Origin: an uncultured Gemmataceae bacterium
GTDB lineage: Bacteria > Planctomycetota > Planctomycetia > Gemmatales > Gemmataceae
Assembly (NCBI GenBank): GCA_963750165.1
Contig: CAVVPN010000003.1
Coordinates: 896,001 to 960,000 of the forward strand
Direction: 5' to 3'
Length of the DNA stretch: 64,000 bases
The notes under the pieces are model-generated. The model had not been told where the DNA came from. It made no database searches and saw nothing but the letters and a program-made list of their open reading frames with translations. The position numbers and the translations under genes were made by a program. Below are positions 55,901 through 64,000 of this stretch, one piece after another (position 1 is the stretch's first letter; the number at the start of each line of letters is the position of its first letter).

Positions 55901-58177
55901 ATGGCCTTGACCTATTCGCAGGATAACCGGCAGCTGACCCTGTCCACGCCGCTGGGCAAGGACGTGCTGCTCCTGACCGCCTTCGCCGGGCAGGAGGAGC
56001 TGTCGCGGCTGTTCCAGTACCGCCTGGAGATGATCTCGGAGCAGGACGGCCTGGCGGCGAAGGACCTCGTCGGCAAGAGCGTGACCTGGGCGGTGCAGCG
56101 CCTGGAGACGGCGCCGCGTTACTTCAACGGGCTGGTGAGCCGCTTTTCCGCGGGGGCGCTGCGAACCGGCGGGCTGCGCCAGTACGCGGTGGAGGTCGTG
56201 CCCTGGCTGTGGTTCCTGACGCGCACCGCCGACTGCCGCATCTTCCAGCAGAAGTCGGTGCCGGAGATCATCGAGCAGATCTTCAAGGACCTCGGCTTCA
56301 CCGCGTTCGAGCTGGCCGTCAAGGGGCCGCACCCGAAGTGGGACTACTGCGTGCAGTACCGCGAGACGGACTTCAACTTCGTGTCGCGCCTGGCGGAGCA
56401 GGAGGGCATCTTTTACTACTTCCGGCACGAGAACGGTAAGCACACGCTGGTGCTGGCCGACCAGAAGGGCGCGTACCGCGACCTGCCCCAGAAGGACGTG
56501 GCGTACACGACCGGGTCGCTGACGCCCAACCACATCCACAGCTGGGAGCACAGCTACGAGTTCCGCCCCGGCAAGTGGACGCAGACCGACTACAACTTCG
56601 AGACGCCGAGCACCAGCCTGAAGACCTCGGCGCCGACGGTCGTCAAGCTGCCCGGCATCGACAAGTACGAGATCTACGACTACCCCGGCGAGTATGAGGT
56701 CAAGGGGGACGGCGAGCCGGACACCAGGGTGCGCATGGAGGAGGCGGAGGCGGGGTACGACGTGGTGCAGGGGGCGAGCACCTGCAGCCAGTTCATGCCC
56801 GGCGGCAAGTTCACGCTGAAAGAACATGATTGCGCCTCCGAACAGGGCAAGACGTTCGTGCTGACGGCGGTGCGGCACTGGGCCACGGTCGAGGAGAGTT
56901 ACTCGGGCAACGGCACGGGCGGGAACTATCGCAACAGCTTCACGTGCATCCCGGAGGCGGTAACGTTCCGGCCGCCGCGGCTGACGCCCAAGCCGATGGT
57001 GCAGGGGCCGCAGACGGCGGTGGTGGTGGGCCCGGCGGGCGAGGAGATTTACACGGACAAGTACAGCCGGGTCAAGGTACAGTTCCACTGGGACCGCGAG
57101 GGCAAGAAGAACGAGCACAGTTCGTGCTGGGTGCGGGTGAGCACCAGCTGGGCGGGCAAGGGCTGGGGCTTCATCCAGATCCCGCGCATCGGTCAGGAGG
57201 TGGTCGTCGGCTTCCTGGAGGGCGACCCGGATCGGCCGATCATCATCGGCAGCGTCTACAACGCCGAGCAGATGCCGCCGTACGCCCTGCCCGGCAACAA
57301 GACGCAGAGCGGCATCCAGAGTCGGAGCAGCCTGGGCGGCGGCGCCGCGAACTACAACGAACTGCGCTTCGAGGACAGGAAGGGCAGCGAGCTGGTCACG
57401 CTGCACGCGGAGAAGGACCAGAGCATCGGCGTGGAAAACAACGAGGCGCATTGGGTCGGCCACGACCGCACGAAGGCGATCGACCACGACGAGACGACGC
57501 ACGTCAAGCACGACCGCACCGAGACGGTGGACAACAACGAGACGATTACGGTACACGCCAACCGGACCCGGACGGTGGACCAGAACGAAGCGATCACGAT
57601 TCACCAGAACCTGACCCACACGGTGGACCAGAACGAGACGCGGACAGTCTCAGGCAATCGGACGCGGACGGTTTCGCAGAACGAGACGGTGATGGTGGCG
57701 TTGATGCGGACGCACCTGGTCGGCGTCAACGAGGCGATCACGGTGGGGGCGGCGCAGGAGGTGACGGTCGGGGCGTTCCGGGCCTTGACGGTGGGGGCGA
57801 ATCAGACGACGACCATCGGCGGCAGTCACTCGGTGTCGGTCGGGGTTGATCAGACGGTCCGGGTGGCCGGGAACCAGTCGATCAGCGTCGGGGCGGGGCT
57901 GAAGGAGCAGGTCAGCGACAACTACGAAGAGAACGTCGGCAAGTCCAAAAAGTCCGTGATAGGCGAGGATTCGGGGACCGAGGTGGGCAAACACTATTCG
58001 CTCGGGGCTGGCGAACAAATCGTGCTGAAGACCGGAGATGCCGAAATCATCATGAAGAAGGACGGCACCATCCAGATCAAGGGCAAGGACATCACCATCA
58101 ACGGCTCGGGCAACATCACCGGCAAGGCGGCGAGTGACATGGTCCTCAAGGGCGGCTCGAAGATTACGTTGAATTAA
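55901..58177 (+). CDS. vgrG: VgrG with long gp5-type beta-helix
   Basis: CVQYRETDFNFVSRL, GPQTAVVVG, PRIGQEV, GDPDRP, 8-residue repeats. Confidence 0.95.
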   Translation: MALTYSQDNRQLTLSTPLGKDVLLLTAFAGQEELSRLFQYRLEMISEQDGLAAKDLVGKSVTWAVQRLETAPRYFNGLVSRFSAGALRTGGLRQYAVEVVPWLWFLTRTADCRIFQQKSVPEIIEQIFKDLGFTAFELAVKGPHPKWDYCVQYRETDFNFVSRLAEQEGIFYYFRHENGKHTLVLADQKGAYRDLPQKDVAYTTGSLTPNHIHSWEHSYEFRPGKWTQTDYNFETPSTSLKTSAPTVVKLPGIDKYEIYDYPGEYEVKGDGEPDTRVRMEEAEAGYDVVQGASTCSQFMPGGKFTLKEHDCASEQGKTFVLTAVRHWATVEESYSGNGTGGNYRNSFTCIPEAVTFRPPRLTPKPMVQGPQTAVVVGPAGEEIYTDKYSRVKVQFHWDREGKKNEHSSCWVRVSTSWAGKGWGFIQIPRIGQEVVVGFLEGDPDRPIIIGSVYNAEQMPPYALPGNKTQSGIQSRSSLGGGAANYNELRFEDRKGSELVTLHAEKDQSIGVENNEAHWVGHDRTKAIDHDETTHVKHDRTETVDNNETITVHANRTRTVDQNEAITIHQNLTHTVDQNETRTVSGNRTRTVSQNETVMVALMRTHLVGVNEAITVGAAQEVTVGAFRALTVGANQTTTIGGSHSVSVGVDQTVRVAGNQSISVGAGLKEQVSDNYEENVGKSKKSVIGEDSGTEVGKHYSLGAGEQIVLKTGDAEIIMKKDGTIQIKGKDITINGSGNITGKAASDMVLKGGSKITLN

Positions 58178-58213
58178 CGGCCCTGGACCCGCACGGGTTA
58201 GAAGGGATGGGCG

Positions 58214-58945
58214 ATGAGAAAACTCAAGGCGGAGATGCTGCCGCGGCTGCTCTCCCAGTCGCAGCCCAGCGGCGTTCGGCTGGGGCGCGTCGTCGCGGTC
58301 GAGGCGGACGGGCGGGTGCTGGTGGACTACGCAGGCAATCCGTTCGGGCCGGTGGCGGCGCGGCTGACGCTGTCGGTCAAACCGGCGGCGGTGCGGAGCG
58401 TGTTCGAGCGGGGTGGTGAGGTCCTGCTGGCGCTGGGTGGCCCTGGCGCGGACGGGCCGGTCCTGTTCGACGTGGTGGGCGTGCGCCCGCCGCGCCGCGC
58501 ACGGGCCGCGATGCGAACGCCCGAGCAGTCCCCGGCACCGACGGAGCCGGAAGTCGGCACCGCGCGCCTCGGTCGCATCGTCGCGGTTCAGGACGGCGCC
58601 GTCGTCGTCGATTACGACGGCAACGGGGCAGGCCCCCGGCCGGCGCAGCACGGCGCCCTGCGCAACCTGAAGGACGCCGTGCTGCTCCAGTTCCTCCCCG
58701 GCGGCGAGCCCGTCATCGTCGGCCAGCTGTTCGCCGAGGTGCCCGTCGAGGAAGCCGGCGGCGTGGACGTGGTGTTGAAGGGCCGGCGCGTTCGTATCGA
58801 GGCCGAGGCGGAGCTGGAACTGGTTGCCGGCGACTCCCGCATCCACCTGGACGCGCGCGGCAAGGCGGTGACGACGGCCGACCAGGTGGTGTCACGGGCC
58901 CGCGGGGCGAACAAGGTGCAGGGCGGCTGCGTGCAGCTGAATTGA
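58214..58945 (+). CDS. DUF6484-like protein with duplicated N-terminal module
   Basis: LGRVVAV..GRVLVDYAGN..GPVAA and LGRIVAV..GAVVVDYDGN..GPRPA; C-terminal GANKVQGGCVQLN. Confidence 0.7.
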   Translation: MRKLKAEMLPRLLSQSQPSGVRLGRVVAVEADGRVLVDYAGNPFGPVAARLTLSVKPAAVRSVFERGGEVLLALGGPGADGPVLFDVVGVRPPRRARAAMRTPEQSPAPTEPEVGTARLGRIVAVQDGAVVVDYDGNGAGPRPAQHGALRNLKDAVLLQFLPGGEPVIVGQLFAEVPVEEAGGVDVVLKGRRVRIEAEAELELVAGDSRIHLDARGKAVTTADQVVSRARGANKVQGGCVQLN

Positions 58946-58953
58946 GGTGCGGC

Positions 58954-59349
58954 ATGGGTGCAACCGTTTCGGTGAACTCGCCGAACACCATCGTCCACAA
59001 GGACAGCGGCGGCATTTCCCAGATCTTCCCCGACGTGTGCAAGACCCCCGCACCGCCTGCGCCCCCCGTGCCGATCCCTTACCCGAACATCGCCAAGTCG
59101 GCCGACGCTGCGGAAACGGCGACCACGGTCCAGGCGGACGGCCAGCCGATCATGCTCAAGTCGTCGGTGTTCAGCACGAGCACCGGCGACGAGGCCGGTT
59201 CGGTGGGCGGCGTCGTCTCGAACGTGACCAAGGGCAAGGCGCAGTTCATCCTGTACTCCTTTGACGTCAAGGCGGAGGGCCAGAACGTCCCGCGCCTGAG
59301 CGACATGATGAAGCAGAACGGCAGCAGTTCCTACAACGCGGTTGGGTAG
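58954..59349 (+). CDS. Stand-alone DUF4150 (PAAR-like, PIPY) spike tip
   Basis: FPDVCKTP, PVPIPYPN, STGDEAG, SFDVKAEG. Confidence 0.9.
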   Translation: MGATVSVNSPNTIVHKDSGGISQIFPDVCKTPAPPAPPVPIPYPNIAKSADAAETATTVQADGQPIMLKSSVFSTSTGDEAGSVGGVVSNVTKGKAQFILYSFDVKAEGQNVPRLSDMMKQNGSSSYNAVG

Positions 59350-59360
59350 GAGAGTCGGCC

Positions 59361-59909
59361 ATGGCGGCGACAGTCAAGCACAAGGTCCAGGACGTGGTGC
59401 GACGGTTGGAGGACGCGGTGCGTGCCCTTTCCGACCTCGAAGAGTACGGCTGCCCGAAATTAAAATCGCACCCGCCCGCCAGCGCGGCGGAACTCGCCAA
59501 ATACGAGGAATACCTGGAATTCAAACTGCCGCCGACCTACCGGGCCTTTCTGGAGATGCACAACGGCTACGACAACCTGGTCCACCCCGGCGACATGCTG
59601 TCCGTCCAGTCGGTCATGCCGCGCGGCAAGAAGTACAAGGCCATCCAGGAAATGAAGAAGATGTTCGCGGATTACGGCGCCGGCGAGATCCTGGACGGCG
59701 CCATCATCGCCTACCTGGACCAGCCGAACAACTGGGCCTACCTGGACCCCAACAAGCCCACCGGCAAGGGCGAGTTGACCGTGGTCCAGTGGCTGTCGGC
59801 GAGTACCATGGAGTTCCCCACCCTGGTGGAGTTCTTCGAATACCGCATCACGGTTTGCGAATACGCCAAGGCGACGGCCTCGCCGAATCCCGATCAGCCG
59901 AAGAAGTGA
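59361..59909 (+). CDS. SMI1/KNR4 (SUKH) immunity protein
   Basis: PPASAAEL..YEEYL...LPPTYRAFLEMHNG. Confidence 0.85.
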   Translation: MAATVKHKVQDVVRRLEDAVRALSDLEEYGCPKLKSHPPASAAELAKYEEYLEFKLPPTYRAFLEMHNGYDNLVHPGDMLSVQSVMPRGKKYKAIQEMKKMFADYGAGEILDGAIIAYLDQPNNWAYLDPNKPTGKGELTVVQWLSASTMEFPTLVEFFEYRITVCEYAKATASPNPDQPKK

Positions 59910-59922
59910 CCGCAGGTGGCGC

Positions 59923-60540
59923 GTGGCCAATGAATTTCAAGCGCGGTTCGACGGGGGCGCGGTCGTGATGGAATGCGACGACCGTTGGAGCTGTTGCCAG
60001 CGGGCCCAGGCCGCCGCCAAGGTCGATGTCATGAATCAGAAACTGAAAGCCACCCCGACGCCGCAAATCCAGCCCGACATCACCCACCTGGAAGCGGCCA
60101 AAACCAACTGCCAGAACGCCGCCAAGACAGTGTGGAACCGGTGTGAAACCAAGGCAGACAAGGAGGCCCACATGAAAAAAGTGGAGGGGGCGGATTGCGT
60201 CGCCGACGGCCGCAAACAAAACCCGGACGACCTTCAGCAAGACCACCCGCTCGACGCGAAATGGGGCGGGGAGGCGGACAGCCCCACCTTGCGGCAGAAC
60301 ATGATCCCGACCGACAAGGCCGTCAACGGCGCCTTCGGCACCATCGCCAAGAACCTCGGCAACAAGATGCTCGCCAAGGGCATCAAGCACGTCGAGAGTT
60401 TTTCGCTGATCTGCCCCCCCAGTTCCCCGGGGTGCCCGAAGGAGGACCATTCCACCGGCCGGCGGTCGAAAATGCCGGAAGACAAGACGAAAAATCAGGA
60501 GTCCACGGCCAAGGCCAACTATTCGGCCTTCCTGGATTGA
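59923..60540 (+). CDS. Putative HNH-like nuclease effector
   Basis: DHPLDAKWGG...NMIPTDKAVNGAFG resembles DH..D..LGG...N...D..VN...G; adjacent to SUKH and PIPY genes. Confidence 0.6.
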   Translation: MANEFQARFDGGAVVMECDDRWSCCQRAQAAAKVDVMNQKLKATPTPQIQPDITHLEAAKTNCQNAAKTVWNRCETKADKEAHMKKVEGADCVADGRKQNPDDLQQDHPLDAKWGGEADSPTLRQNMIPTDKAVNGAFGTIAKNLGNKMLAKGIKHVESFSLICPPSSPGCPKEDHSTGRRSKMPEDKTKNQESTAKANYSAFLD

Positions 60541-60584
60541 CGGCCGGGCCGGGGGCGACCGGTCACGGTGGCGCGGAGGATTCG

Positions 60585-61375
60585 ATGGCCCGGCTCTTCA
60601 ATGAAACCCCTTACGCCGTTGAAGTCGTTCCCTTGATTGACCGGGACGGGCGCACCGTCGGCGTTGTCGTCGCCAAGGGGACTTATCAGATCGAGCCGTC
60701 CGGGGAGTTGAGGTTGGCGCCGGAGCAGGTGCCAGTGCAACTCGCCGACGAGTACCTGGGAGACCCGGCCCGGAGTGACCTGCGGGTGCCCACCGACCTG
60801 GTGGACTTCAAACCGGCGGCCGAGGTGATCGTCGTCGGGCCGAGCGAACCACTCGACCGGAGCTTCGTGTACGGCCGGAAAATTGCGGTGGAGGTCGGGC
60901 CGGTGGCGTTCGCCGGGACCATGGTCCGGCGTTGGGAATTCGGGCCGGTGCGCCGCGACCAGAAACCACGTAAGAGTTTTGCCGGGACCTACGATCAGGA
61001 CTGGGCGGACAATCGCATGCCCCTGGTGCCGAAAGATTTTGACCCGCGCTACCACCTGGCCGCCCCCGCCCGCCAAATCAACGCCGGGTTTTTCACCGGC
61101 GACGAGCGGCTGCGGTTGAGCGGGCTCCACGCCGAGGGCCAGCCGGTTGACACGCGACTGCCCGGCCGGGTGGTCGTCGTCGGAGGCAACGTGTTGTACC
61201 GTTATTATTCCACCCCGGCGGTCCTCGACACGGTGATTCTCTGGGCGGAGCGGCCGCTGGTCACGCTGGTGTGGCGGCTCGCCATTCCCACGCGCAAAAA
61301 TATGAGGAGGTCCGCAACGTCTACGTATACCAGGTCCGCCTCAAGACGGCGCGGGAACTGTTTGGTGCCTCGTGA
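60585..61375 (+). CDS. DUF2169 T6SS chaperone; frameshift near 61298
   Basis: VVVAKGTY, DLVDFKP, AGTYDQDW, PKDFDPRY, LDTV; with one added A it ends in a GTGA overlap. Confidence 0.85.
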
Positions 61376-63788
61376 AAACGGCGTTCGCGATTACCGGTGT
61401 GGGCATGCTGTCTCCGGTCGGCGTCGGGGCCAGTCAGTGTCTCCATTCCGTCCGCTCCGGCATCAGCCGCCTGGTCGTTCAGCCCTATCCGGACCGTGCC
61501 CGCGAATGGGTCGTGGGCGGCCACGTCCCCCTGGGAGTCCCTTTTGTCCGGGAGCGGCGACTCGCCTTCCTCGCCGGCATCGCCGTCAAACGGGCCTGGC
61601 TGCAGGCGTTCGGCACAGCCGACCCCGGCGGCCTGGGTCCCATGGCTTTTTTCCTCGGGGCGCCGAACCGTTCCGGCCGGGTTACCGATTTCCCGGGGCG
61701 GAATTCGACCCCCGACCGTGGCTCGCCGGCCTGGGCGTATCCGCCTCAACCCCCTGCGAAACCGTCCCTGCCGGCTCCAGTAGCGCCCAGGCAGCCCTCG
61801 TCAAGGCGGAACAACTGCTCGGCACCGGGCAGGTGCGGGCCTGTGTGATCGGGGCCGTCGATACGTTGTTGCAAATCCAGGTCATTCGCTGGCTGGAAAA
61901 TTACAGTCGCCTCAAATGCAGTTACGTCAATGACGGCCTGATGCCCGGCGAGGCGAGTTGTTTCCTCGTCCTCGAGAGGGAAACATCGGCCCAGGGGCGC
62001 GGGGCGGTCATCCTGGCACGCGTGCTGTCTTCGGTGACGGAAGTGGAAGCCGCCAACATCCTTTCCGACCTGCCCAACACGGCCAGGGGGTTGACGACCG
62101 CCGTTCGCGCGGCGCTGCGCGACGCCGAGACCGCGGCCAGGAACCTCGGGGCTGTCTGGTGCGACCTCAACGGCGAGAGTTATCGCGCCCGCGAATGGGC
62201 GTTCACCGAAATTCGTAACGGTTTACAAACGCACACGGAGTTGATCCACCCGGCGGATTGTCACGGCGACCTGGGAACGGTCAACGCGGCAAATCTTCTG
62301 GGCCTGGCGGCGCTCGCCCAGGCAACCGGCTGGGCCGGCGGCAAGCCGCTGCTCGTGTTTACGGCGAGCGAGGGGGGGCTCCGGGCCGCGACAGTAATCG
62401 GCCCCCCTCCAGGGCAACCTCCCCTGGTTCAAATGACCCGCGAACTGCCCCGGGTCGTGTCCGCCCGAGAAGAAGTGTCTCGGCTGGGGCCGGACGAACC
62501 GGATTTCCTTGAGGCCGAGAACCCCCCGCGTGTTTACTTCGACTGGCAACTGCGGCAAGAGCACCTCGACACTCTGGCAGCGCTGCATTACCAACGCAAG
62601 GCGATCCTCCGCAACCCGGCGCTCCCTTGGCCCCGCCTGCGCGAACCCGAGCAGCGCATCCTCAACCACCTCGACGCGGCGGTGGCAGGCGGGGCGGAGT
62701 CCATCTGGGCCGTCGCCTCCGGCCTGCTCGACGGCGAGGAGGGCAAGGCTTTCGCCGGGGCGCTGCTCCTCGGCGTCCTGCCGACGCCCGCCAACCTCGC
62801 CCGCATGGACGCTGCCCTGAAACCCAAGCCCCCCGTCCTCGCTGGAATCGAGGCGGGACTCCGGCACGCCCCGGTCAGCAAACCCCTGTTGCTCCACCTC
62901 GAAACCTGGCTCGACCACGACGAACCCGCCGTCCAGGCGTTGGCCGTCTCTGTCCTGTCCTACCGTCGCGAACTGGAAGCCCGCCGCATCGTCCCCTTCA
63001 TCAAGAGCACGGACCCGCGGCTGCGCCTGGCCGGCATCCGGGCGGCCCGGCGGCACCGCCACCCGGGTGCCGCCCCCGCGCTGGAGGCGCTGCGTACCAC
63101 CGACGACCCTGTGGTGCTGCGCGAAGCACTCCTGGCCCTGCTCTGCCTCGGCCACCGGAACGTCCCGGCGCAGTGCCGTAACCTGATCGCCGCCGCCCCG
63201 CCCGCCGCGCAGGTTCCCTGGCTGCTGGCGCTCGCGGGGCAGGGGAATGACCTCGCCGTGCTGCTGCGCGCCAACAACGCACTCGCCGACCCCATGACGC
63301 TCGCGGCCCTGGGCATCCTCGGCAACGTGGGGGCGGTGCGCTACCTCCTCCAGGCGCTCGAAGCGTCGGACGACAAGGTCAAGGTCGCCGCGGCGGAGGC
63401 GCTGGAACTGATGACCGCCTCCGGTCAGCGCGAACGGGCCGTCCTGGTGGAAAAAACGGAGCTGCTGCCGGGGGAGTTCATCGAGGAGCGCCGCGAGGTC
63501 GAGCGCGTGGCCACCGCCGCCGACGCCTGGCGCGACTGGTGGGCGCAGCACGGCCGGAAGCTGGACCCGGTGCGGCGCTGGCGACGCGGGCAACCCTTCG
63601 ACTACGGTGTGGTCCTTGCGGAATTGAAGGCCCCGGCGACGCGCTTTCACGACCGGCAGCGCGCGTACTGGGAGTTGCTGATTCAGTCGGGGCAGTCATT
63701 CCCGTTCGAGCCAGACTGGTTCGTGCCGCGGCAACAGCAGGCGCTGGCCGAGTGGGACTCCTGGTGGGACACCGCCAAACCGCGTTGA
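61372..63788 (+). CDS. Ketosynthase/thiolase-like T6SS accessory protein in frame with a TIGR02270-like HEAT domain; frameshift near 61663
   Basis: ITGVGMLSPVG, PGEA, DLNGESYRAREW, GDLG; then EHLDTLAAL...RILNHLDA, RWRRGQP. Confidence 0.75.
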
Positions 63789-63795
63789 AACGCGC

Positions 63796-64000
63796 TTACG
63801 CGGACGGCAACGCCTCGCCGTGAGCCCGCGCCACTTCCAGCAGCCGCTCGCGGAGGGGGTCGCGCAGCGCCACGATGTCGTCCACGTTCAGCACCTCCTC
63901 GAACACGTCCATGCCGGAAATCTCCGTGTTCTCGACGATCACGTCGTCGGGCGGACGCACGGTCGTCACCGGGGCGCTGAGGAAAGTGACCGGCAGCTCG
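63796..64000 (-). CDS. C-terminal end of an unidentified gene
   Basis: Open frame ELPVTFLSAP...HGEALPSA* entering from the window edge. Confidence 0.6.
   Translation of the reverse strand, partial: ELPVTFLSAPVTTVRPPDDVIVENTEISGMDVFEEVLNVDDIVALRDPLRERLLEVARAHGEALPSA

Noticed and set aside
57420..57960. Periodic sequence in vgrG as a novel repeat
   Set aside because: Explained by the ordinary gp5-type beta-helix repeats.
60195..63788. 1197-aa ORF as one giant DUF2169 fusion
   Set aside because: Two frameshifts (~61298, ~61663) bridge separate genes; the intervening translation is out of frame.

Overview
High-GC window whose gene content points to a planctomycete (Gemmataceae-like): DUF4058, a planctomycete extracellular signal, prenyltransferase-repeat and HEAT proteins. 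The first ~24.5 kb holds housekeeping and accessory genes: a DUF4011 helicase-like gene with a dead Walker A, MFS, fabI, cls, a TerY-P-type kinase/phosphatase pair, a large sigma-70, a Tat oxidoreductase, glyA, nadA and ArsR-rhodanese. An IS66 remnant (~24.6 kb) and a large surface protein follow. From ~29.3 to 63.8 kb lies a type VI secretion locus: tssK-L-M*, kinase, tssA-B-C-C-tagJ-E-F-G, clpV, hcp, vgrG and a DUF6484/PIPY/SUKH/HNH-toxin/DUF2169/pseudo-ketosynthase-TIGR02270 spike module. Its membrane complex looks non-canonical. TssM stops right after its last TM helix and no tssJ is visible. Two predicted outer-membrane beta-barrel genes and an exported Cys-rich HEAT protein sit in or next to the locus and are candidate replacements. 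About 12 small frameshifts, including one in glyA, most likely reflect assembly error. All family calls are motif recognition by eye, with no database search.
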